DNA from: Tubiluchus corallicola
Taxonomy: Eukaryota > Animalia > Priapulida
DNA length: 64,000 nt
Reading direction: 5' to 3'
Assembly: GCA_030141605.1 (NCBI GenBank)
Contig: JAQGDQ010000239.1
Location: forward strand, 124,001-188,000
Below are positions 40,401 through 54,700 of this stretch, piece by piece; positions within the stretch are counted from its first letter, which is position 1; each line of letters starts with the position of its first letter. The notes under the pieces were generated by a model. The model was given only the letters and a program-made list of their open reading frames with translations. It made no database searches and was not told the origin of the DNA. A program made the position numbers and the translations under genes.

Positions 40401-43400
40401 CATACATATCTAGTTAAGCAAGGAATACCGTATTTCTTAAAATTCTTGGTGTTTCCAAGGATTTCATGATGAAAACAGAAATTATGTCTGCAATCTCGGT
40501 ATTAGGTTTCGACAGACTCAAAAAAGCTAGTCATCAATATTTAAGTGCAGCAGTGCAAAAGATTGACAAGAAGATTTTTGTTTTTTAAATTAACTGTAAA
40601 CTAAGCAATAGTAAAATAATTAACTAAATTAGCAGTAAAGCAAACCAAGCAAGCATCTAGCTGTAGAGCCTACATTTCTTGAAAATTTGTTCACTGATTT
40701 TTTTATGACAAGAGAACTTGAACTTACCATTTGGGTTGGACATTGAACATAACTTGGGTTTCTCTGTGCATTCTCACATAATGCTGCCATCTTCTGGCGA
40801 GTGTATTCATACGTTTCAATGTGCGCTTGGACGATAGTGTTAATCAATTTATGCTCATCGTCTAGTTCTGCTTGCAAGGCATTCAGCTGAGATTGTTGAT
40901 TAGCACGTTGCATTTCTGCTAGAATCTTTGCCTTTTCGCGCTTTGGTACTCGACCAAATCTAACAGCTAAACAAAACGAAATAATAATATTAAAAACGAC
41001 GTAAAAATTGCTGTATTATACATATATGTACGTATTTTGTTACAGTTTATAAATGCAGTAGGGCTAGCAAACTCATTTCAGCACATTTAATTTACACAGA
41101 CGTAAAATGGGGAACAGCAGCAATGATTCAATTTTCCATTCCAGCATTAACGATAACAACTCCACTTCTATACAAAATAAGAACAAGCAAGTGAAAAACT
41201 GGTTTTATAAAAACATGTTCAGGGTTTCAGGCTAATTTTTCCTTGGCCATTAGCATAATGTTATAAACATTTCTATGTGACTGATCCATAGGGAGATTTC
41301 TCATTTCTGCGGTTCTGTTTCTAGTAAAAATGTGGAAAATGGTTGAATTACTGACGACTAACGTCTGAGCACACAATGGAAATTCATAAGAGATCAAAGC
41401 AGTATAAGGCGTTGATTCCCAACAGCGGATTTATATTTCATAATAATAATTGGAAATTTTATATTTTAACAGGAGATATGTCATTAATCAGCCGACTTTT
41501 GACCCCGTTGTCTTCGGCAATGCAATTCCATTCCAGTTTTCGCCCGAGATAACACCGAATTTTAAAACCGGATTTGCAAAACAGCCAATATGTCGAACTT
41601 AAAACTCACTATTTGACCCACTACGATATGTGGAGCGTAAAATGCCACAAAATCTGCATCAAAAAACTGGAAATACTAGTTTGACAATGCCTGCTTGTAA
41701 TTATGTCGACCCAGTGAAAGTTGAACACTGGTAAAGTCAACAGCACGGACAACGGTTTGAGAAATTTCGTGGTAATTATTATTATTATTATAGCCCCAAA
41801 CTGTAAAGCTAGTGTAGTAATACTATAGGCGGAAGAAACTATGTGAGAAATCTTTTGATTCAAAAGGTTAAAAGAAGCAACCGTGATCTGGCTGTGTAAT
41901 AAAGTAATACCACAATAAATCAACATCCCAAAGCAATCGTGAAAGTGAACATCTTACATAGAATGGCAGCCCATACTATAAACCCACCTATTGTTAAGGT
42001 ACTGAAATTAATGTCTAGCAAAATTACATTTCAATATAGGAACATGACTGGATGCATATGCAGACCAGAGATGGCAAGAATAGCTGTATCATCAATATTC
42101 AACCTTTTGCTTTCTGTTCCAACTCTAATTTTTCTTCAGTATAACATTATATATATGTATAGTCATCTTGTTAAGTTTCTAACACCGAAAAGGCTCCACA
42201 ACCCGGACTGCCAAGTGTTGCAAATAAAACTACTAAGGCTGTTAAGTAACATAGTTGGTTTCAATGCTCATACTTCATTCATGAGTTCACTTCATCCAGT
42301 TAATTATTGTAAGCCGCATGTAGTAAATATCAACAACAATAGCCTGCCTGCGCTTTTCACACACACAGTCATGCAGTTCTTTAGAAGGTTCAACAAACTA
42401 ACAACCATCCTTGAACCTTGCTATGCGCAAGACGCACGCGTTCTGGCGTTCATGCCAAACAACAAGGGTCAACTCCTTTTTGCTTTGCTTATTTCAGGGC
42501 CAAATAATGTAGTCTGCGAAGGAAAAATAACTGGCCTGGTAAATGCAATGCTTAAAGCCTATTTAAAGTGGAAACACGAGTTCTTAAAAAAATATATAAT
42601 TATACTCAGCAAGCATCTTAAGTTTTTTTACGCTTACCATCCCTGCTCATGCCAACTGCAATGCACTTCTTCAAACGGCAATACTGACATCGGTTTCGAT
42701 TTATGCGAAGAATTGAGCACTGTTGATTTTTCATACAAGGTCTGTACTGAATCTTCTGTTGGATGCTTCTCCTAAAGAAACCCTAAAAAAGCAAATACTT
42801 GTATCTAAAATCTTTTACCTAATCTATGGCTGTAAAATAAATTTGTCAAGAGATGTCGGAACTGGAATGGTAATTGTCTGTAATTCTTTCTAATACGTAT
42901 ACCATTTCTGCAATACACAGATAATAACGAAACATTGAAATAAGGTTGAAATGGGGGGTTCTAAAAGACAGATAGAGAAATTTTACATCTCACTCACTGC
43001 TTCTTGCATCAGTAATCAAGGAAAACCTTGGATCAGATAGATAACTAGCACAGGTTTGACTGTGTGTTTGGCCAATTTTATTAACTATATAAAACACACT
43101 GCAGTACGCAAGTTTCTCAGTAGCACGAATGTTGGAATGTTTGTTTGGACTTGGATGCTTTACGGATTAATTTTGAAAAGAAGATTTTTGTAACTTACTA
43201 CTCTGCATGGGCTTTAACCATAGAGAGTCGGGCAAATCCTGATTATATGTGTGAGGGTGTGCGTGCATGCGTGCGTTTTAAGTTGCGGATTGTAAGCTGC
43301 ATTTTCCTCTGTTCTCAGATTTGTTGCTATTAATATACATAGGTCGTTAACCGTAGCTCCAAGAGGGAAATTTGCATAAAGAGATGCAGGTGAACATGAC

Positions 43401-46400
43401 TAACGGCACCCCATGAGGAACAAAACATCACACATCGTGACTGCTAATGAAGCCAGGCTTATTTATAGTGGGTAATTAATCGGACACATTTGCATGAGAA
43501 ATTGTCACCGTGTGCGCGTAAACGACGTAATAATCTAGAATGTAGGCCAACTGTACATGTTGTACAGGATGCACCATAAGTCAGGATACATTGAGATGTA
43601 TCTCCTTAAAAAAGTCAGTTGATGGATAGTGCACAAACAATCGAAACAATTGAAACTAAATCCTGGCAATTTTATTAGCGCATTTCATTAGAAAGCAGAG
43701 TGTGCATTTGTCAATATACTGCTACACGTACATGTAAATGAATTGGATAACATACTGATTATAATATTTTTGGTAACAAACTGAAACTTGATAAATGCTT
43801 ATTGTCATCTTTGAATGTTGATACTAACTAGTGATTCGGTTTTATATTTGGTTGCAGTTCTAGGTAACCATTTAAATTTTAAAGGACATGTACATACTAA
43901 TAAGAAAAAGAGTTAAAAGACATGGTGAAACTTATATCGAATTACAAAATTAAGAAAGAATTTAACTAAAGATTTAATGCAATGTATCATGTCTTCGCTT
44001 GTTTTATGAAACTTAGATTTTTAATCATTGCTCCAAAGTGTTGGAATAAGCTACCAAATCAAATTAGAGCTTGCACAAATTTGAATTATTTAAAAGAAAA
44101 CTAAAAACTCATCTTTAAAGCAGTATTTTAATGTAGAAGTTGTGACTGTTTTGCAGGTTTTCTTATGAGTTATAGATGTAGGCCTAATTGTATTATAATT
44201 TTTTAGTACTTGTATCTAACTATTTTTAATTGTGCAATGCCTTTGAAAAAAAATTACTGAAAGAACGTTTTATAAATAAATACATTATTATTACTATTAT
44301 TATTATTATTATTATTATTATGTATGCTCCGTTTACGCAGCACAAACAAAACAATGCACAGTAAGTTTTGCAAAACAAGTTTATCGAATACAGTACTACC
44401 CTGTTTTTGAATGTAATTCAAGTTTTCTTGATACTGTCACTTCTATGATATTTCTTATGCAGGGTTACTATATCAAACTCCGACTAATTCTTTCATAAAG
44501 TCTAACTGTGCCTGTAGGTTTCACTCTACACAGTCCAGGTAAAATTACGCGGCATGTCTCGTTGTACTTAATCCAATTTTAAGCCAAAAAATATTGACAA
44601 ATACCTCAGAGGTGTTGGTAAGCTCACAGCGACAATAGAATGCAGACCAGAAAATATCCTTTTTTACCGCAAAATAGGATTAGTTCATTTATTTTAACAA
44701 TACACTTGGGCCGTGGTCAGGTTTTTTTTACCTCAATCGACTATCGACGCACCTATTTTCTTTCATGAATAATGCGCGAAGGCTACAGGCGAATGACCTT
44801 CACTACCAACTCTCAAGCCTGAAAAGGCGACACAAGAAAAGGCAGTTCTTAATGCTCAATTACAACGAGCATAACATTAACCACTACGGATCGACTTTTA
44901 CGTGAACGCAAGATCTTTTTATGCCATTTACCTTTTATACAAAACATCGTAGATAGCAAAACAACTTCTAGCACCTGTTTTTCTTTGTTAACAATTATTG
45001 AGCAGTAACATTTCACTTTCAGTTCATTATCATCACTCACTGGTCTCAATGGGGAGGGGTTAAAATGAGCCCATCTATCGCAAGAAATCAGAGAACTGAC
45101 AGTTGAAAGCCTTACAATGGTATATCCCAGTGATAATTGAACAAATTCAAAACGTGCGTTAAAAACGACGGAAATGCTCCTGCGTATAGTCAAGCTAAAG
45201 TGGAGAAAATATCGAATGAGGATGTCTTGAGTTATAGGAGATACTGAGATAAGTAAACTGTCACTCTGTAAAGTGAAAGGATCTTCAGGTCTTAAACAAC
45301 TGTGTTTCTTAGCATCTCAAAATGTATTCGACTTGACGCTGAAGTGACAATATGACAAGAATCTGATCAATTCCGGTTCTGGATTTCAATTTCGTCTTTC
45401 ATCGATTTCACAAAAATGTCAAAAACAAGAATGGGCCAGACTGCTAAAACTACTTCACAAAACATTTGCAATTAGCACCCTACGTCACACGTGAATGCTG
45501 GCTCTTCTTGCAACTGACGTGTTAGAAGTATGTACTTTTTTCTAACTAAAACGCGATATACAAAAATCACAAAGAACCGCCTTATAACATACACGTAATT
45601 TACAAGGCAAGTGCATGAGGACATAACGATATGCTTACTGCGTGGCCACAACTCTGAAGCCAAACCAGCTGAAACATTTTATAAACATGGGTTCTGCACA
45701 CACTTACGTGAAGCGCCACGAAAATTAAAAATTCACACTTTGTTCAAACCAGTATCGATTTAGGCTATGTTGAAAGAAGTTGAACAAAACTGAAACACTG
45801 CTTTGCTGTTTTGGTGCAGTCAAGGTTAAGCAAGCTTCATTCATTTCTAGGACTGTTTAAAGGCTAAACCAACCTTCTAACACCACTGATTGTGTTTTAA
45901 TATATACTAAAAATATTGAAATTACGAGTTACCACGTAATATAAATGCATAAAATGACTTGTTCATAAGTGCAAAGAAATAAAATGCTACGGGCATATTT
46001 GAAGAAAATGACGTAAGCTGACGTAGCAGTTCCACCAGGAAGGTACGCATAACAAAGCTTCTGTAGTTCACTCAGAAATTTCGCTAGTTGGTCGCGATTT
46101 TAAATTGAATTTACTAATGACACGAGGCGCTTACCACAATATTTATATAATATTAAAGTGAAACTGTCTATCGTCTTTCTATAATATTAAAGTAAGATGA
46201 ACTTTCCGAGAATCTTGGCTTTACGAGGCTTTTTTCCGGCATGTATCATTATCATACGAGTAACCTACTGTTACGCATGAGATGCAAAATTATGTATCAA
46301 CTTTATACCCCGAAAAGACATTAGCGTTTATGTTATACAAAGTTGCATCACTTTTTCACTGATTATGTGTTACGAAATATCAAGATCAGCACAGTTAAGG

Positions 46401-48727
46401 CAGTTATATTAAAGCGTAGCTAAGTGCTATGGTACGTATACTATAGGATTATGTTTAAAAATTAAGTAACAAAAGTTCACTAAAGTTTGGGCTCAATATA
46501 TACACATCTTTGTTTTTTTTTGTAAAAGTGCATGCAGTTCACTACATTTTGGCCTACACATAGGTCCTCGTAGCCCTATTACGTATTTTTGGTCACACAG
46601 AGAATTAAATGTCTTGAAAAATTACATTATTACATTAATACTATGTATGGTGCAATAAATGTTATGCATTATATTTTGAGGTGACAAAGAAATCACACTG
46701 CATTGTGTAACATAATCTTCAGCTGCACAGGTCACGTGCAAAAGTCGAAGCAGCAGGTGCAAAGGCTATTATATGTAATTGTTAATGTAGCCTATAATTC
46801 GATAATAAAGCACTTAATGTAGTTTACTGATGTGTCGAGAAAGAAATCAGGCAAAAAATTTAAAGCTCCAGGCGAGTGGCCCTTTCTCTTTCCCCGTGCT
46901 TTTGAGGTTCTATAGGCAGCCCTAACATTTTAATTTCTATACTACTACTCGAGTTTATCGCACAAGCGTACTTTCATTATTTCGGGACCAATAACGAAGA
47001 TAAATATATTCATAATCGTTGCCGTGTCTATTCAGCAACATGCAGAACACACAGGACACTTTGTATGTCAATAACAAGCCGGCAACATATGTCACTGACC
47101 TGATAATGCGCATACTGGATAATTAATTATTAACACACCTGCATAACCAACAACAATAAAGTCTATTTAACAGGCGCGAAAGTTGATTGTAATTTACGAG
47201 GAATACGAAAACGCTTGGTGCAAAACAAAGGGGTAACCACAAACTTAACTAAACAAAATTGAAAGTGATAACTACTTAATTCCGGAATCGTAGCCAATTT
47301 GCAAATTTGGTCACGTTTAACTAATCAAATAGACAAACATACTTGGATGAAATTAAATGTCATATCGAATCTGCAAGCCATCTCACTATCTGCTACATTT
47401 ATCAAAGGCTTTTCTTACCCTCCTCACTTTACGCATTTACTTTATTATACTGAAATTGTAGTCATTAATGATGTAAACACAAAGTTTGAAGCTTCATAGT
47501 AAAACTAGAATTGATTTACCTTGCATCCTTCACAGGAATGCACTCCATAATGAAAGCCACTCGCTTTATCGCCACAAACTCGACAAAGAACGGTCATACC
47601 ATCAAATTCTGAAATAAAAAAGCTTACAGGTTAATAATCAGTGAAAAGTTGCCCTTAAAGTTGCCCCCAACTTAAGTAAGCAAACATTATGCATCAGCAT
47701 TTTTACATACAGGGACATATTTTGTTGTGTAAATCATGCATGCATAATAATCGCTAGTACATCAGCGATAGACATCTACACAAACAAAACAAAAGCAGTT
47801 AATTTACGCTCATAACACTGAGTCATAACGCTGTGTTTTTGTGTGTAAGCTCGCAGCTTTTCTAGCAATTCATTATAATTATTTAATCCTTGCAACCCAA
47901 GATATAAAGTCCAAGGGCAATACGTTATGTGAAATATTTAAATTCGCCACTGATGTTTCTCACAGTAATGACACTTTAAGTTAAGTCTAAATTCCAAATA
48001 ATAATATTGCCATTTAAGACTTTGCTGTGTCTCCCCTGCGGTGCACTGTACACTTTTCTGTGTAATTTTCCAATCAATAACGCTCAGTAATACCTGTGTG
48101 ACACGCATCCATTTCTCATCTCATTTTTACGCACTGACCAACGCATGATTATCAAACGAGTACATGCGACAATTTTGGTTCTGAAAATCAAGCGACTAGA
48201 AATTCAGGTTCCACCTGAAAGACTGCGGCGCATCTGCACGAGACAAGGAGCAACTCCTACCCTGATTTCACGAGAAAAAACAGATATGTTTACAAAAACC
48301 ATCAATTACTTTTGAACAATATGACACAAAAATGTCTTTAAACTTCTATAAACGTAAGTGACAAAAACCGCTCGAGGGTATGTGAGTTTAGATTGTTAGG
48401 TGCGCCCTCAGCCGCACAAGGATAGAGGGTGAAGGTCAGTCATACGTCTATTGTCATGGTTTGCGCAGAACGAAGGCCGTCTCTAACAGCAGTGTATGAA
48501 ATGAACAAGAACAACTTGAGATTTTATCCCCTTCTCGTATCATTCGGGTGGGAATTTTTCTTACCAAAAGTAACTATAAAGCATTGTGGTACTAAATATG
48601 TACAGTAGTTTAGATTGCACTGACGCATTTGCCTTCAGCAGTGTAAGTTTTTATTAACTAACACTGATTGATTATCTCTGTAAAGTTTTTATCAGTGATT
48701 ATCAATGTTTTAATGGCAAATAAAGAT

Positions 48728-48770
<43 letters not shown>

Positions 48771-51700
48771 CCATGCTCTTTAACACTAACACAATTTTCG
48801 GTACAAGTTTGCTTTGCTACAACTGTTTATTTGGGCCGATTATCATTATCATTGCTACCCAACCACAATCAAGACTGAACGTCTTAGTCAAATGAGATGA
48901 CCAGAACTTTTTAAAAGTTTCTTCCTTTGGATCAAGTTTGGTTTCAAAAATGTAATCTTTTCTGGTTCTACTCATTAACATTATCGAAAGTGCTTTGCTG
49001 CATCTTTATTAAAAATACAAAAAATTACTGGCTGTAAAAATTAGCTCTGTTCTAAAATATCTTCATTTCCGAAGTGTCATGTGCAGTTATTACACTAGTA
49101 CAGTTCTTCAACAGCCAGCGAATTTATTATATTGGTTATTCCTATTAGTGGCGTCGCTAGTAATTAGGTGTTACACCCAGACACCCCTCTCCCCGCTATT
49201 TGGCATTTACCTGTCACGCCAAAAAAACAAGAACATGTATGATATAGAAGCCCTTCGCCAAACGCAGAGAAAAACATTAAATCTTGCCTTGGCAATCTCA
49301 GGTACCCATGACTGGCAAGGCGGCTGTAGCTGCATAGTGCACGATACACTAGCAGGGTTAACAACCTCAGCCAGCCTTGAAAGCGATCTTTAAAACTAAA
49401 TGGGGGTATCAAAGCTGCGAATACAGCTGACATGCTGTTTATATTTCAGTTATGTTGTTTGCATTTTACACACAATCAGTAATCAAGAGCAATGTGATCA
49501 GTGGGCTTACACGGCCTGCAAGCTTTTCCAGTAAAAATAACTTAGTAGATTATATGTAAGTATTAGCAGATTAATCGTGAGTTGATAAGCAAAAGGTAAC
49601 TTATACTTCTGGGTGAAGAATCGTGCATAACTATAGGTTTAACTGTGTTTATACATGCACAACCTTTGTAAATCCCTTGTAAAACTAAAAGTGTTTAGAA
49701 AAATTTCTAAATGGCAAATTAACGTAAATCATAACAATCCTATATAAAATACTAAACTCGTTCATTATATTATACGTTAATTATGCTAGCGGTGTTTCGT
49801 GAGCTTACCAATTATGATAAGCAATTCTTTTAACTTTCTTAAGGGATAAATCCTGTTCTTACGAAACGCATACAAAAGAACGTAAGTCTAATTAAATACA
49901 AAAGACGATAACCTAAACAGAACTCTGCTTGTTTACTGCAGTTGAACTGAATGAAAGCTTTAGCATAGCCTGTATATTACAAGACAAAGATGCCTATTAA
50001 GACAAAAAAAAATCGCTGAAATGATAGTTGAGAAATCCAGAACTATTTCTCCATTTCGCTTGCAAAAACAAACAATATAGAAATGGAATAGGACTACTTT
50101 ACAAAATCGGTGCTGGCAACTACTCTTACCCGGAAAATTGTTAATCTCAACTGCTGTTGTGATAATCATTGCAATCAGCTCTTCAAAAAACAAATAACGT
50201 GACTTCACACAATAAATCTTCATCGATCATAATTCTCTAAGTGATCGTGCATAAAAAGGCTGCAAAGCTGGATTCTTTAATAATATAAACAAGTCTTCGT
50301 GGCGTTAGTATCTTTGCTAAACCGCAAGATAACTCTCTGTTGAATAATGACTATAGTATTAACGCGTCGGCGTTGGAGAAATAGAGCACAGCGCAGGCGA
50401 TTCGACGAAACGTCATCACGCCTGTTTACTGGTAGTGGCAGGCCCTGTAAACGACCGATAAGTAGGACAAGCTATTTAGCTTGTTATAGTTTCCAGGATG
50501 AGACGCATTCTATCAAATGTGGATCTAAAACCGGGTTCCTCGCAACATTTTTACCGCGCCTTCAATCAGAATGGCTTGAATTTTTGTCACTGAACATTGT
50601 ACGCCTTGTGTGCATCTTATAATAATAAGAATGGTAACTAGTAAAAGTTTGTTTTCCTGGTATTAGGCTGTACAAACAAGGCTACGCAATAATGTACATC
50701 CCTTTTTGGGTTCATCGGATAACATCGGCACGCTTTCCTACGCTACGGCAAAGGTCAACGTATTATTGACATCAAGGGAACAAACACAAACTCGCTCCAT
50801 TTAGATTAGTAACCTTTTAGTTAAAATCGATACAAGGCGAAACACACGTTAATTAAGCACGAATTATCGTGCAGAGGCATGACGTGAAGTTTACTCACAT
50901 AATGATATTATATATAATGTAATAAAAGCGTCGCTTCTCTTTTGGTACAATTTTGGGTTATCTGAACACAAATAAAGCAGCTAACTGATAACTCAAAATT
51001 ATTACGGAAAGAGTAAAACAAGGATAGAATTTAACCGCGATTTTCAAGATGATAAAGCAAACAACATCATACGTCTTGCTGTAGGGTGTCTTGTACGGAA
51101 ATTTCAAAAGTAACTAGTTGTGAGCGATTAAATAAAGCTAGCACATATTTACGATTTAACAAAAACTTCGAAGCGAGCAATATGTATGATGTAATAATAT
51201 TTCCGTACCAGAGCGCCACTCTTTACTTGACGCAATGACACTAAACGACTGTATTAAAGAAAATAGTCGCACGTTACGTATTATGTAACACAACTGTCTA
51301 AAGTTAAGTCTAGTTATTGTCTTGACTACTGACATTTTCTCACTAGGCGTTACAAGATTGAAATAATGATTGTCTTAAATTTCATACACAATATCATGCT
51401 CCTAGTAGTATTATGTAGTAGTCCAGCTAAAACTTCAAAACAAAATAATAATAATAATAACAATAAATATTCACTCTACATACATCCTTACTTTTATACA
51501 ATACAATAGAATTGTAGCGAGATTGTCATGGGAATAAATTTAGTAATTCTGTAATTACTTTTGTACATATTTCCGGCTCTAAATTAAACAGATCGCCTGT
51601 ACTATTAAGTCATATTGTATTTTGTTCGCATTCCTTGCATTACTCTACATCTTGTTACAACGTGCTGCTCATCTTGTACTTTATCTTCGCTAATATTACA

Positions 51701-54700
51701 CAGTCTTCTATGGTGCGATACCGGGGGTCTTGCCCATCTCCCTATTTCAACTTTCAAGTGATGCGCAGATGTATATTTGGTGCTGTTTAAGTGATAAACT
51801 ACCTCACTTCTGGATAAACTTTGTTTTAGGACGCATTTATAGTTTTCTGAAGAGATTATAGCCACTGTTATATTGTGTGTTCTCATTTATATAATTTAAC
51901 TGCAATTTTGCTGAAACTATATTTGTTCAATTTTTTCAATGTGAATGTATACAGTAAATACTAGTAAGTCTCTTTAAATGTACGTCTAATTACTTTTAAC
52001 TTAACTGTATTTTTACTTAGTTATTTTTAAAATTGACGTAAAAGCTTCTTGAATTTATTTTTACTTCAAGGGTGATTGTATAGAAATACATCTATGTATC
52101 TACGACATCTTTGTACGTGCACTAAACGAGCCGAGTTCACGTGGGTTACTTAGAGAAAAGCCTTTGGGTGTACTCACTGGAATAGTCAAGCTACGTACCA
52201 ATAGTCAATTCGTCAGAGCAGTTTACTGCTAGTCTACAGAGATAATGATAATACTAAGCTATTTGTTCCTCTTGTTAACTCTTCGCTCGACCACACTAGA
52301 AACGGACCGCTTTGTGAATAAATAATTAACAAATAATTAGAGCTCCAGAGTACCAGCCGTCGAACCGAAGTCAGTACTCTTGCTGCTTACCAGCTGGTTA
52401 CCATTTATGGCCTGCGTGGAAGTAATGAATAAAAATATGAAGACGTAAAACCACCGGAACGCGATGACTTAGTTCGGTATAGTGAATTTCCGTTAAATCA
52501 GGGAAATTCACTAGATGATCTTTCCTGTAACCAATACGCATAAATTTACACACAATTGTAAGTCCACTGCACAGTATTTGGACCTACTTGAATTTCCACA
52601 AACGGAAGAACTTGGGAAAATACTCTGAGCGAGAAATAGTTGAATAGTTACTGCATGTCAGAAAGTTAAGTTATGCCAGACCGGACTGGCGAATGGACTG
52701 GCCTAGCTCATTGAGGAATGATGCAGACCTATGCAACTTAGGCTCTGCTCAGGAGGCACACAGTCATATAATCAAGGGCCTACCTATGACTAATGAATCC
52801 CGTTATAAAAAATGCTCATAGGTTAACAAAACACGATGACTGCCAAAAGCCCAACAATGTTTATAAGGTATAAAGCGTTTTTATAAAGCGACTTCTTTAC
52901 AGCTTTTTTTGGAAAAAGATTCTATAGGTTCTGCAAGGAAGTAACAATGTAAAGAAAACGGAATAGCTATCAAAATACAAACTTTGTATCTCATACTGTT
53001 TGCCTTGAACTATATGATTCAGTGATCCCATGCTGAAACGTGAGTAAAGTAAGGACAGAAAGAACAGTTTTATGTTGAACGCATTTAAATACCATGGTAA
53101 GTGCACATGTTAGTCCGATAAGTGATATCTTAAATGTATGTTTACAAGTGTTTTCACAGGCATAGCTAAGTTAACATTTTTGATACATGAAACGCCATTG
53201 ACCCTCTTTGTTTCCCTTATATGAGCATTTATCTAACTCTGTGGACAATCAACCATAAAATGCTGCGCAAAAACCGATTAGATTTACTAAACTAGCCTGT
53301 CACCCGTCCGCTTCGCCCGTTAATGTAATTTTTGGACTCTTCCAAGAAAGGTACCCAAGTAGTCACTCCTATCATAACACCCTGTCATACATCGTCATGT
53401 CGTCGTTGTGGACAATTAAAAATTACGCGCTATCCATCATGAATCTATCATGCTGAATGATCTACACGAATGAACTCCTCACCTGTAGACCCGCTCACTA
53501 AACCTGCACGTGTTTTCAGTTTGGAGAGACTGGTTTAAGTAATATCCAGTGCGGGTGACCCATTCAACGGGCTATACATAAGGGGTTCTGGGTATATTTG
53601 AAGGCACGATTTATCTGTATTCCTGATTGTATAGTATTAAACTACATCGACTAAAAATTCGTCAAGTGTGCCAAGTTCCAGCTCTGCTGATGCAATAGCT
53701 GAGACGTGCATAAAGAGATAGACATAGATACTCACATACTTCTCAATCTTATATAATACAATAGTATATATAGACAAATGAATTAATTTAGTTAAACCTC
53801 TAAAATGTTATTAAGCTGCATTATTTCGTTAGATTCTTTATAACTTTTTTGTGACGCAGTATTGTATTAAATTTAATTATTTATAATGTAATTTAGTTAC
53901 ATGTATTACCCAATTTTCATTGAGGTCCACAACTTCCCTATGATTTATCTATATTTTCGATACGTCCCTGCTAAACGCTCATACCAAATAGCTGCTAATG
54001 CATCTACATGACGTGGTATTTTATACATTTCTGTTAATTATTTATTCTATTTACTCACTTTGTTGCTGTCTTTGTCAGAATGCCATGTAGTTAACCTAGA
54101 AAATCATGATTAAGGGCATTGTTGTTACGAAGCGAAAGCCTTAAATTTGCTGAAAATACTATGCACATGTAGACCTAACTGTATGCTCTTTTATTAAATC
54201 ATTGCTTACATCATCTGTCTGAAATACATTTTAGACAGCTTTTAATAAACTTACGTGACGTTTATTGCTTACAGGTAAGCTAATATGCGTAATAGATATG
54301 CGAAAAGTATCTAAATCTTTGCTGTGCGAAAGAAATATAACACAGTATACCATGGAAACGAAAACTCACAATTTTCCCGTCTTATGGCTTTTCTTTATAC
54401 ATAGCAGGATTTTTCCCTGCTGGACCGGTTATTTAGCCTTGACACCTTGAGATGGTGTTTAAGGGAAAATCAGCTGCAGGGGATAGCAAACAGCATATAC
54501 TTTGTTCCTGTAGGATTTGGTGAAAAGGAGAAAAGTGGGTTAGGTCTAAATTGAGCCTACATAATGTGGTTACCATGGAATACTGCGCGTTACTAATGAA
54601 TGCCTGTAAATGTAGGTCATCCAGGCCTGGAACAGGTACAATACACCGGGGAACTATTTATTGCTGTTATATGCGTACCTTATCAATACGTGCAGAAAAC

